Virus record (IMG/VR): IMGVR_UViG_3300026187_000088
Span: 1-24,480 of that record
Length of the DNA stretch: 24,480 nucleotides
Reading direction: 5' to 3' (one strand)
From: a virus
Taxonomy: Duplodnaviria; Caudoviricetes
Below the pieces are notes generated by a model, which worked only from the letters and a program-made list of their open reading frames with translations, was not told where the DNA came from and ran no database searches. Shown here piece by piece: positions 15,860 to 24,480 of this stretch (position 1 is the first letter of the stretch; every line of letters begins with the position of its first letter). The translations under genes and the position numbers were made by a program.

Positions 15860-17131
15860 ATGGCATCTCTTAATTTACAAAGAAATTCAGAGGTCTTTAT
15901 GTCCACTGTTGATTTGCTCAACGGTGCTGCAGTAACTGCTATGACCCCAGAAAACACTTGGAAACTTGAAGTGTTAGCAGGTTTTGCAGCTACATCTACC
16001 TCTGCTACACAGGACATTACAAGCCTTGAATCAGGTACAAATCCTGATCGCTCACAGCAGCGTTTTAATACTGCTATTAACCCAGTAGATTGGAATCTTC
16101 AGGTTTATCTTCGCCCAACCGGTGTAGTAACTGGTGCTACTGCTGGAGGTACAGATGCAGGTACAACTCAGACAGGTAACGTAAAACCAGTAGCTGACTG
16201 GTTTATGTGGCAGTCATTAGTATCTAATACTCAAGTAGCTGATGGTACAGATGAGCAATCAGTTTGGGAATCAGGCGGAAAACTTCAAACAACGAATGTT
16301 GCAGCCGGTACAGGCTCACACTCAACTCGTTCAAACTTCTCAACCGCTGTTGAAAACCATATGTACTTTAAGATGGATAACGTTGTCTATCAGGTATCTA
16401 ATGCTACTATTAATCAGGCAAGTGTTGATGCAGGTATTGAAGAGATCGCAACAGTAACATGGACTGGTTTTGGTACAACATTGAAAGAACTGACTAGCAC
16501 TCAACGTGATAATGCAATTTCAGTATTTGGCGGTGTGTTAAATGATGGTTCTTCTGTAACTGCTAACTCAAATGCTAGCGAAGCTACAGTAACTGCACAC
16601 TATCACCCATTTAATCAGATGAATGTTGCTGGTTCTGTTGGAACTAACTCATTCATTAAGAATCGTTTGAGCGCAATTGAATTCCATCATCAGCCTTCAG
16701 CTGGTGGAGCAGATGTGAAATATACGTTCCCAGTTACAGCTGTTAGCTTTGATTACAATAACAATATTACATATTTAACACCAGAAGAACTTGCTAATCT
16801 GAATGAACCAATTGGTCAGTTCACTGGTACACGTGCTGTAACAGGTTCAGCTACTATGTATCTTCGTGCTGGAGATACTGAATCAGCTCAGTTCCTGAGA
16901 AACATTCAGAATGATTCTCGTACAGCTTCTGCACAAACATCTAATGCTAACATCATCATTGGTGGGACAACTGCTCCTTATGTAGCGTTCCAGCTTGATG
17001 CTGTTCAGTTTGAGTTCCCATCACTGGCTGTTGAAGACGTAATTTCAATGTCAGTCAACTTTGTGGCTCAAGAAACTACTGCCAATAAAGGCACAGGTGG
17101 TGAAGTAACAATCTTTGCTGCTAAATCTTAA
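15860..17131 (+). CDS. Major tail tube protein (T5 pb6-like)
   Basis: LQRNSEVF.ST, TWKLEVLAGF, R.QQRFNTAINPVDW...YLRP, FIKNRLS, NNITYLTPEEL..LNEPIGQFTGTRAVTGS...YL; strong SD. Confidence 0.9.
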   Translation: MASLNLQRNSEVFMSTVDLLNGAAVTAMTPENTWKLEVLAGFAATSTSATQDITSLESGTNPDRSQQRFNTAINPVDWNLQVYLRPTGVVTGATAGGTDAGTTQTGNVKPVADWFMWQSLVSNTQVADGTDEQSVWESGGKLQTTNVAAGTGSHSTRSNFSTAVENHMYFKMDNVVYQVSNATINQASVDAGIEEIATVTWTGFGTTLKELTSTQRDNAISVFGGVLNDGSSVTANSNASEATVTAHYHPFNQMNVAGSVGTNSFIKNRLSAIEFHHQPSAGGADVKYTFPVTAVSFDYNNNITYLTPEELANLNEPIGQFTGTRAVTGSATMYLRAGDTESAQFLRNIQNDSRTASAQTSNANIIIGGTTAPYVAFQLDAVQFEFPSLAVEDVISMSVNFVAQETTANKGTGGEVTIFAAKS

Positions 17132-17133
17132 TT

Positions 17134-17258
17134 AAGTGTTTCTGAGGGGGAACACTAACACTTTTTAACCAGAAGAGTGCCCATCACTTGCAAATCAAGG
17201 TTCCCCCTCACCTTTGAGAAGCAGATATGTGATGGGCACTCGTATTTTACGAGGGGAA
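17134..17258 (+). ncRNA. Structured cis-acting RNA element (crossing-helix pseudoknot or switch), family unknown
   Basis: TGAGGGGGAAC 17143-53 / GTTCCCCCTCA 17200-10 (11 bp) crosses GAGTGCCCATCAC 17175-87 / GTGATGGGCACTC 17229-41 (13 bp). Confidence 0.7.
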
Positions 17259-17261
17259 ATC

Positions 17262-17693
17262 ATGAGTAAAATCAAAAATCTAATTGCGAAAGAAACTACA
17301 AGCTGGATTCCTTTTCCAGATGTTGAGGGTTTTGAGGTACATCTTTGTTTTTTAACTAGAGAAGACCTGTTAAAGATTCGCAACCAATCACTAACATTCA
17401 AGTTCAATAAACGTACTCGTCAACGAGAAGAAGAAATCGATAATGATCGTTTCTTAGAAGCCTATGCAGGAAAAGCTATCATGGGCTGGCGAGGACTAAA
17501 GATTAAACACTTACCTATGCTACTTCCAGTTGATATTTCAGGTGCTGACGGAAATGAAGAAGTTGAATACTCAGAAGAAGAAGCAATTGACTTGCTCAAG
17601 TCTTCTACGGTATTTGACCAATTTATCACAGATGCAATGAATGACTTTGAGCAGTTTTCAAAAAAGAAAGCTGACGAAGCAGCAAAAAACTAA
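17262..17693 (+). CDS. Tail assembly chaperone (gpG-equivalent), 143 aa
   Basis: SD GAGGGG before ATG 17262; GFEV.L.FL.RE.L.KIR....KFNKRTRQ.EEE.D...F...Y....I.GWRGLK motif; lies between tube and TMP; ends in a slippery site. Confidence 0.85.
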   Translation: MSKIKNLIAKETTSWIPFPDVEGFEVHLCFLTREDLLKIRNQSLTFKFNKRTRQREEEIDNDRFLEAYAGKAIMGWRGLKIKHLPMLLPVDISGADGNEEVEYSEEEAIDLLKSSTVFDQFITDAMNDFEQFSKKKADEAAKN

Positions 17694-17730
17694 CTGAATA
17701 CCTCCAGAACTCTTTACACGCTGGAGGTAT
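17684..17730 (+). promoter_or_regulatory. Programmed -1 ribosomal frameshift signal
   Basis: A_AAA_AAC heptamer 17684-90, 7-nt spacer, perfect 10-bp stem ATACCTCCAG 17698-707 / CTGGAGGTAT 17721-30; the -1 frame is open into the 17729 ORF. Confidence 0.88.
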
Positions 17731-18061
17731 GAACGCTGAACAGTATATTGATATGTGTGAGCAGATGGGTTGGGAAGTTGATGAAAATCAAATACCAAAA
17801 GACCCATCTGATTTACCATTAGAAGCTCAACAAGCTTTAATCCTTTTAAATTCTCTGCCCGACAATTGGGAAGGTATGAATGGAACTTGGTTAGGTAAAG
17901 ATTATAGTGGTCTTGGAACTATAATGGATATTTATGAAATTAGTAACCGTAAAACAGTTTTTGAACTATTAAAGGTTGCGGAATCAGAAATGTCCAAGTA
18001 TTATAGTGATAAAGCTAAACAACGTGAGTCTTTAGCAAAGACTCAGAGAGGAAGAACTTAA
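17729..18061 (+). CDS. Tail assembly chaperone C-terminal part (gpT-equivalent; made as a ~266-aa frameshift fusion from 17262)
   Basis: Y..MCEQMGWE....QIP.D..DLP.E.QQA......LPD.WEGM.G.W.GKDYS motif; the -1 frame reads LTEYLQNSLHAGG into MNAEQ. Confidence 0.85.
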   Translation: MNAEQYIDMCEQMGWEVDENQIPKDPSDLPLEAQQALILLNSLPDNWEGMNGTWLGKDYSGLGTIMDIYEISNRKTVFELLKVAESEMSKYYSDKAKQRESLAKTQRGRT

Positions 18062-21000
18062 TTGGCCAGCCAAACAATCACCACTAGATTTAAAACTGAA
18101 GGCGCACAAAAAGTTGTAAAAGATACTGATCGAATTGGTAAAGCCCAAACTCGATTAGGTCAAGCTTCTGCATCTTCTGGTCGTCAGTTCTCCGCTCAAG
18201 CTGCTGGTTTAGGTGGTGTAGTAGGTGTCTATGCAGCCGCTGCTGCAAACATCTTTGCTCTCACCGCCGCTTTCACAGCTCTTAACCGTGCAGCTCAATT
18301 TGAAACAATCATTCGTGGTACACAACAGTTATCTGCAGCAGTTGGCACATCTGCTAACTCTGTTATTAAACGTCTTCAAGATATTACGGGCGGTCAGCTT
18401 TCTATTGTTCAAGCTGCTGAAGCTGCCAACCTTGCATTATCTGCAGGTTTTAATACCGATCAAATTGAACAACTCGGTCAAGTAGCTTTTAAAGCTTCAA
18501 GAACATTAGGTAGAAGCTTACCTGACGCTATTGAACGTGTTTTTAGAGGTACAATCAAATTAGAACCAGAACTTTTAGACGAACTTGGTATTTTTACTCG
18601 TCTTGACCCTGCAGTAGAAAAGTATGCTGCGTCTCTCAACAAATCTACAACAACTCTTACTGCGTTTGAACGTCGTCAAGCATTTGCTAACGGCGTTATA
18701 GGCGATGGTACTGCTGCTTTTTCTGATGTTATTATCTCTACTGAAGATGCTACTGCCTCTTTTCAACGACTAGCTGCGCAGTTTGCTGACCTTGCGATTA
18801 AATTTGGTAATATTATTGCAAACATTCTAGCACCTTTTGCAGACTTTTTAGGACAAAATTTAGGTAATAAACTTTTACTTTTAGGAGCTATTGGTGCTTT
18901 AGTGTTTAATCAGCTAGGGGCCAGTATTGGAGGATTTGTTACAACAGGTTTAACAAAACTTTCTCAAGGATTAGTGAATGCAACAGAGCGTTTAACTACT
19001 TTTGGTAGAACAGCAAAAGCTCTTGCTCCAGAGTTTCAAGCAGCAGGTCAAGCTTTTGTAGGCGGTGGAGCTCTTCCAGGAGCTGGTCGAGCTGCGGGTG
19101 CGGAAATTAAAAGAGTTTTTGCAGAAGGCACAGTTTCTACACAACAGGCACAGGTCTTTGCAAGAGATTTAAAGGATTTAAAACAAAATGAATTAAACTT
19201 ACAAAAAACATTAAATGAAGAAAAGAAAATCGCTGGTAAATTAACAGAATCACAACAGAAACAATATGATCAATCTGTACAAAGACTAGGTGCAATAGAA
19301 CAGTCACAAAAAGTAGTCAATCAAAGGCTCAAAGCAGCAGGACCATTTGCGAGTGCATTAGCTTCTGGATTAAATCTTGCGGCTACTGCCATGAGAAATT
19401 TAGCCGCAGCTGCAAATGCAGTTTTAGCTGTTCTTGGTCCCATATTTGCTATTATTGGTATAATTCAGCTAGTAGGTTCTGTATTTGGTGTTGATGTGCT
19501 TGGCGGCATAACAGACTTTTTTAAAAACTTAACTAAAGATTCGCGAGATGCTGAAAAAGGGTTAAAAGACTTTGGAGCCGCAGCTGCTTCTGTTAGTGCT
19601 GGACCTTTAGCTGACTTAAGAGAAGAGCTTGGGTTAACTCGCTCTGAATTTGCAGGAGTAGTCGAAGAAGCTATAAAATTAAGAGAACAAGGTGGCTATG
19701 ACTTTGGGGCATTTGGTCCTGATCTATTGGACTTACAGACCTCTCTCAAAGTTTTAGAGGCTGATTTAGAAAGACTTACAGCCCAAAAAGAAGCTGGAAC
19801 AGGAACTTTTTTTGGATTACTTGATAAAGACAAACAAATTGAAGATACAAAAAAAGAGATCCAAGCACTTGAAGTTGCTATAAGTGATTTACAGCTTCCT
19901 ACAGGAGAAGCTGGTCTTGCAATTACTCGTCTAGCAGAGGCTGGTGAGATAGAAATTGAACAGCTTCAAAAAGCTTTTGCAAGAGGTATTCTTAATATTA
20001 ATAAAGATACTAATGATTTACAATTGACTTTTGAAACTTTTTCTCAAACAGTTCTTGAGTCTGGAGAAAGTATAGATTCTCTTACAGAGGAAGCTAAAGC
20101 ACTCTCTGCAACTTATGCTACTGCAGCACTAAAAGTTCAAGAATTTTATGAAAATTTTGAAGGCGGTAGATTAAGTGCTGATAGAGCTGCAAAAGACTTT
20201 GGAGTAATTAATAATGTAGTTAATGACTTGAGAGCACAGATAGATGATTTACCTGATGGACCTTTTAAAGCAGAGTTTTTAGAGTTTATTAACAATTCAT
20301 TAGATGGAACAGTTAGTCGTGCTGAAGAATTAAATGATAGATTTCAGACTCTTGATAAGTTTGCACAACAACTTCGTAAAACATTTTCAGGAGAGCTTGG
20401 TTTAGCAGATTCTGCTATTTTTACTGGTGATGTAGGTCTTTTTGGTGATATAGCCAAAAATGATTCAGAGCGTTTATTAAATCTTTCTGAAGTTGTAAAT
20501 TCTGTATTTACAGAAGCAGCAAAGATTCGTTCTGATTTTGAACAAGCATCAATACGAGGAGGTGGAGTCTTTGATAGAGAAAAGCTTGAGGCTGATGAGA
20601 AAAAGATATTTGAAATTAGAGACATTTTGATCAAAGGCTACTTAGGCTCTATCATTAAAATTACTCAAGAACAAGAAAAATTAAATCAGTCACTAGAAAA
20701 GCAGAAAAAAATATCTCAATCTACTATTGAAGTTCAACGTGCTAATCTACAGGTTACAAAAGCAAACACAGCTCTTACAACAGCACAACAAAAAAACAGA
20801 ATTAATGCAGCAGAGCGAGAGCGTGACTTTATTCTTCAAAACCGTGATATCACAGAGCAAGGAATCTCACTCAGACAAATAGAAAACAGTGCTTTAGAAG
20901 CAACTCTTAACACTCAAAAAGAACTTCTCTCATTAAAAGGGCAAGAGTTAAAGTTAAGTCAAGATTTAGCAAAAACTCAAATCGAGATAGGATTTGCAGC

Positions 21001-23500
21001 AGCTGAAGGTAGAGACGCTCAAGCACTGGCTAGAGCTCAAGGAGCTCTTCAAACTGCAGAAATGAGAGGCATTTCTACTCGACGTGAATTAGTTCAGCTT
21101 CGACTTAATGTAGCTGAAGTAGAATTTAGAAATGCTAACAATGCTTTTGATCGTCAAGAAGCTCTTGCACAAGTTGAGGCACAAAATGCTCGTGAAAATA
21201 TTGCTCAAAGATCGATGATGATTGAACAAGAACGAGTAATTGCTGAAGCAAGAATTATAAATGAACTTGAAATCTTAAGAGCCCAAGAACAGGCAAGAGT
21301 AAAACAAGCGAAGATCGAACAACAAGCTCTAAATGATGAGGAGGGATTGATAGAGTTAAGAAGGAATGCTGCATCCGCTTCTCAAACAGCTGCTAAAAAG
21401 TCAGCAGAAGCTGCAAAACTACAACGAGATCTTGCCTTGAAACAGCAGATTGCTGAATTAGAGTTAGTAAAACAACAAGCTGCAGTGTTTAGTGGGTTTA
21501 TCTCTAACTTTGGTTCTTTGATAGAAGGTCTTGCTGAAATTGCTAGTGTTTTAGGCGGAGATGTTGGGTTTGACTTTGAAGCATCTGATATTTCAGCTGA
21601 CGTAGATGCAAATATTGCCGCCTTACAGCAGTTATTAACTGATAGTTCTACAGTTTACAGTATTCAAGTGCTATCAGCCAAAGAAGCAAGAAAAGCAACA
21701 GAGGCACAAATTCAAGCTGATAAAATATTAATCGATATTAACAAGCAAAAAACCGAAGAAGTTGAATCTTCTCTTGTAAGAATCTTTGAAGCTCGTCAAG
21801 ATTCACTTTTAGATGAACTTGACGCAACTAATTTAACTTCTCAAGCAAAACAAAAGCTTTTATCCCAAGAATTAGCTCAAACAGAAGCTAATTTAGTACT
21901 ACAACTTGAAAAAGTTGGTATTGAACGCACAGCTGCTGAAGAGATTGTTCGCATTGCTCGCGACCGCGCAGCCTATGAAATATCTGAACAAAGACGTATT
22001 GATGCTGCCTACGCAGCTTCTAAAGGCATTGTAATGAACTATGTCGAAAACGGCTTGATGGAATTGAATACAGCTCTAATTGAGGGCGATCTTACATTCA
22101 AAAACATAGCTAAAGGTTTCAGAGATATGCTTGGCTCAATGCTTCGTGAAATTCAATCAGCTGTATTCCGCCAAACTATTGCTGCTCCGATAGCAGAATT
22201 TGTTGGCGGATTGTTTGCAGCTGGTGGTCGAGTACATCTTGCTGGTGGAGGATCTATGAAGCGCGACCGTGTCGCGGCTATGCTCGAACCTGGTGAATAT
22301 GTAATTCGTAAAGAAGCTGCAAAAAAGCTTGGCATGAGCAAACTGCAAGAATTAAATGCTGGAGTTTCAGACGATCCTATAGCTCGTATTATAGCTTATG
22401 CTTATGGCTCAAAAGTAAAGAGTAAAGCAGCTGGCGGAGGCCTGGGGTTTGGCAATCCTGCTGACATAGGTTATGGAGGAACAGGCATTGGACCAACAGG
22501 AGTAGGACCAAGCACAAGTCCTGGTGGGTCATTTTCTTCAGGAGCAGGAGAGTCAATCACCTCCTTTGCTCCAAGCTCTAGCATAGGTCCAACTTCTGTA
22601 ACTCAAGGATTCTTTGCTAATGCTACAGATACAGGTTTTGGTTCACTAGTTTCAACCACACCTTTTGGTCCTCCAACTGTAACCGATAGCATAATCGGTA
22701 AATTGGGTGGTAGCACCTACATGAATACTCCTCAAATCACTGAAGGCAAAATGAATCAGTTAAATGCAGATGCTCAACAGGCTCAACAAATGGCAGAAGA
22801 AGCTGCATCACTTATTTCAGAAGGATATACTGATAGTCAAATATCTGCTTTCCAAACTATGCAAAATATAGCTAGTGAGATTGGCGCACCTGGAGACTTT
22901 GGTCCTGAAGAAGCTCCAAGTCTTTTGAGTGAGGTTCAAAATAATCAAAAGAGTGGGCAAGGTTTACAACAAGCGTATAACAACGCGTTTAAAGGTGCTC
23001 CTCAACAGTTTATAGAATCATTAGCTCCAACAACTCCTTTACAAGGACTAAGCTTAATAGCTGGTACAGGATTGATCGGTGAAACTGCTCAAGCCATTTC
23101 ACAGATATCAGGTGCTCTTGGCTTTGCATCAGATGTAGCAGAAGGTGAAAATGCTATTGGGCAAGCTCTTGGACTAGGTAAAGCATCAGGAGGCAAAATT
23201 ATGCGCATGGCTGGTGGCGGTTCTGTTAATTCACGCGATAGAGTACCAGCTTTGTTAGAGCCTGGTGAGTTTGTAATTCGTCGTCCAGCTGCAAAAGCTA
23301 TTGGAGGTGCTGCATTAAATCAAATGAATGCTACAGGAAAGGCTCCAAGCATTTCTGTTAACATGACAAATCAAGGAGCTCCTAAAGATGTTGCTGTTGG
23401 GGCTCCAAAAATTAATGGCGATAAGATCATTCTAGATATTATCACTCGTGATTTACGAAACAATGGCTCAATTAAAAAGACACTGAGAAAGGGTAAATAA
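18062..23500 (+). CDS. Tape measure protein (T5 pb2-like N-terminus), 1812 aa
   Basis: TTG start right after the chaperone stop; FSAQAAGLGGVVGVYA..AANIFALTAAF.AL and KLEPELLDELGI motifs; hydrophobic helices; long coiled coil; C-terminal GG...D.V.A.LEPGE.VI motifs. Confidence 0.93.
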   Translation: MASQTITTRFKTEGAQKVVKDTDRIGKAQTRLGQASASSGRQFSAQAAGLGGVVGVYAAAAANIFALTAAFTALNRAAQFETIIRGTQQLSAAVGTSANSVIKRLQDITGGQLSIVQAAEAANLALSAGFNTDQIEQLGQVAFKASRTLGRSLPDAIERVFRGTIKLEPELLDELGIFTRLDPAVEKYAASLNKSTTTLTAFERRQAFANGVIGDGTAAFSDVIISTEDATASFQRLAAQFADLAIKFGNIIANILAPFADFLGQNLGNKLLLLGAIGALVFNQLGASIGGFVTTGLTKLSQGLVNATERLTTFGRTAKALAPEFQAAGQAFVGGGALPGAGRAAGAEIKRVFAEGTVSTQQAQVFARDLKDLKQNELNLQKTLNEEKKIAGKLTESQQKQYDQSVQRLGAIEQSQKVVNQRLKAAGPFASALASGLNLAATAMRNLAAAANAVLAVLGPIFAIIGIIQLVGSVFGVDVLGGITDFFKNLTKDSRDAEKGLKDFGAAAASVSAGPLADLREELGLTRSEFAGVVEEAIKLREQGGYDFGAFGPDLLDLQTSLKVLEADLERLTAQKEAGTGTFFGLLDKDKQIEDTKKEIQALEVAISDLQLPTGEAGLAITRLAEAGEIEIEQLQKAFARGILNINKDTNDLQLTFETFSQTVLESGESIDSLTEEAKALSATYATAALKVQEFYENFEGGRLSADRAAKDFGVINNVVNDLRAQIDDLPDGPFKAEFLEFINNSLDGTVSRAEELNDRFQTLDKFAQQLRKTFSGELGLADSAIFTGDVGLFGDIAKNDSERLLNLSEVVNSVFTEAAKIRSDFEQASIRGGGVFDREKLEADEKKIFEIRDILIKGYLGSIIKITQEQEKLNQSLEKQKKISQSTIEVQRANLQVTKANTALTTAQQKNRINAAERERDFILQNRDITEQGISLRQIENSALEATLNTQKELLSLKGQELKLSQDLAKTQIEIGFAAAEGRDAQALARAQGALQTAEMRGISTRRELVQLRLNVAEVEFRNANNAFDRQEALAQVEAQNARENIAQRSMMIEQERVIAEARIINELEILRAQEQARVKQAKIEQQALNDEEGLIELRRNAASASQTAAKKSAEAAKLQRDLALKQQIAELELVKQQAAVFSGFISNFGSLIEGLAEIASVLGGDVGFDFEASDISADVDANIAALQQLLTDSSTVYSIQVLSAKEARKATEAQIQADKILIDINKQKTEEVESSLVRIFEARQDSLLDELDATNLTSQAKQKLLSQELAQTEANLVLQLEKVGIERTAAEEIVRIARDRAAYEISEQRRIDAAYAASKGIVMNYVENGLMELNTALIEGDLTFKNIAKGFRDMLGSMLREIQSAVFRQTIAAPIAEFVGGLFAAGGRVHLAGGGSMKRDRVAAMLEPGEYVIRKEAAKKLGMSKLQELNAGVSDDPIARIIAYAYGSKVKSKAAGGGLGFGNPADIGYGGTGIGPTGVGPSTSPGGSFSSGAGESITSFAPSSSIGPTSVTQGFFANATDTGFGSLVSTTPFGPPTVTDSIIGKLGGSTYMNTPQITEGKMNQLNADAQQAQQMAEEAASLISEGYTDSQISAFQTMQNIASEIGAPGDFGPEEAPSLLSEVQNNQKSGQGLQQAYNNAFKGAPQQFIESLAPTTPLQGLSLIAGTGLIGETAQAISQISGALGFASDVAEGENAIGQALGLGKASGGKIMRMAGGGSVNSRDRVPALLEPGEFVIRRPAAKAIGGAALNQMNATGKAPSISVNMTNQGAPKDVAVGAPKINGDKIILDIITRDLRNNGSIKKTLRKGK

Positions 23501-24480
23501 TGGCAACGTATCCAGATAATGCAACAGCTCCTATTACGGCTTTTCCAGTAGTTACTACAGTAACTTACAATAACACTGGAGCAGAAACAGTATTCAATCT
23601 TTCTGGCACTGCAGATCATTCAGGCGAAATTGTAGCTTTTGCTGATGGTGTGACACAAGCTACAACTGGTTACTCTGTATCTAACGGAGGAGCTACAGTA
23701 ACTTTTGTAACAGCTCCAAATGCGTCAAACTTAACTCTTCAAACTGTTTCAATTCCATCAAAGTTACGTACACTAAGATCAACTTTTTCTGCTCGTGCTC
23801 AAGAGTATTCTAATACAGCGGCTGATGTTGTAGATGGAAACACATATCTTATAAACGGAAATACCGTTACTTTTGCAATGCCAGCGGGCACTAATGTAGC
23901 TTCTCTATCAGATTTTCAAGTATTTGTTTCAGGTGTATATCAACAAGACACTGCCTATGTATGGCCATCTACAGTTCTAGGTAGCAGAGGAATTGATATT
24001 GCAGATAATGGAGCAACAAAACTACTATTAAACTTCACATCTAATATAACTGATGAAAGTGAATCTGCTCACACAGTCCTTAAAACAGGAGGAGCTGCTA
24101 CCTACACTACATATGGAACAGATACGTTTATTACTTTTGACGGTTCAGATGATGTATTAGATATTGCTTCTTCAGACGATTTTAACTTGCAAGATAGTTC
24201 TTTTACTTTTGACACTTGGGTTCGTCCTGACACAGGAACTCAAATGACCTCAAACCAAACACTATTTGCTCGATATGATGATGCAGATAATTACTACGTG
24301 TTACGAATTGTGGGATCTAATTCTAATATAGGTTATGTTGTAAGCACTACTGAGGGAGGAATCAATGAAGTTTATGGTGGTAATGCTAATGGAGGTTCGA
24401 ATTATCATGTAGCTGTATCTTATGATTCTCACGTGTCAAATCTAAGATTGTATGTTAATAATGTTAATGTAGGTCATCTT
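23500..24480 (+). CDS. Tail-tip protein at the distal-tail (Dit) position with beta-sandwich and LamG domains; truncated by the window end
   Basis: Read by hand: TAATG overlap, MATYPDNATAPITAF...; open for 327 codons; FADGVTQ and FVSGVYQ repeats; TKLLLNF..FDGSDD.L..DDFNL...FTFDTWVRP...YHVAVSYD...LRLYVN (LamG). Confidence 0.8.
   Translation, partial: MATYPDNATAPITAFPVVTTVTYNNTGAETVFNLSGTADHSGEIVAFADGVTQATTGYSVSNGGATVTFVTAPNASNLTLQTVSIPSKLRTLRSTFSARAQEYSNTAADVVDGNTYLINGNTVTFAMPAGTNVASLSDFQVFVSGVYQQDTAYVWPSTVLGSRGIDIADNGATKLLLNFTSNITDESESAHTVLKTGGAATYTTYGTDTFITFDGSDDVLDIASSDDFNLQDSSFTFDTWVRPDTGTQMTSNQTLFARYDDADNYYVLRIVGSNSNIGYVVSTTEGGINEVYGGNANGGSNYHVAVSYDSHVSNLRLYVNNVNVGHL

Noticed and set aside
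17143-17241. Call as a canonical HDV-like ribozyme or tRNA
   Set aside because: The crossing topology is similar, but P1.1, the L3 consensus and P4 are missing on both strands, and there is no cloverleaf or T-loop. Kept as an unknown element.
17214-17261. Track start of the chaperone at TTG 17214
   Set aside because: It lies inside the structured element; ATG 17262 follows SD GAGGGG.
337-23619. All minus-strand ORFs and short alternative-frame plus ORFs in the track (e.g. 3171-3641, 5018-5386, 11418-11798, 3362-3649, 18225-18485)
   Set aside because: They overlap well-supported + strand genes, show no recognisable motifs, and are expected shadows of biased codon usage.

Overview
This window is the + strand virion-morphogenesis (late) module of an AT-rich tailed dsDNA phage with T5-like (Demerecviridae-like, long non-contractile tail) gene order, probably from a marine or aquatic host. 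Order: small terminase; two unannotated micro-ORFs; a ~5.5 kb block of fibre/virion genes; large terminase; a glycosyltransferase; HNH/nicking endonuclease; portal; a fused protease-linker-major capsid ORF; terminator; head-completion protein with an inserted LamG domain; tail completion; tail terminator; tail tube; tail chaperone pair joined by a -1 frameshift; an 1812-aa tape measure; and a truncated distal-tail-position protein with LamG. The most unusual signals are: (i) a 130-nt intergenic element between tail tube and chaperone with two perfect crossing helices (11 and 13 bp) and SD/anti-SD/anti-anti-SD logic; (ii) a fibre whose outgoing and returning repeats are mirror-matched 5-2-4 | tip | 4-2-5; (iii) a capsid polyprotein with two in-frame internal starts and an embedded promoter; (iv) a glycosyltransferase wedged into the packaging operon. 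All family calls come from motif recognition and synteny; no database search was run.
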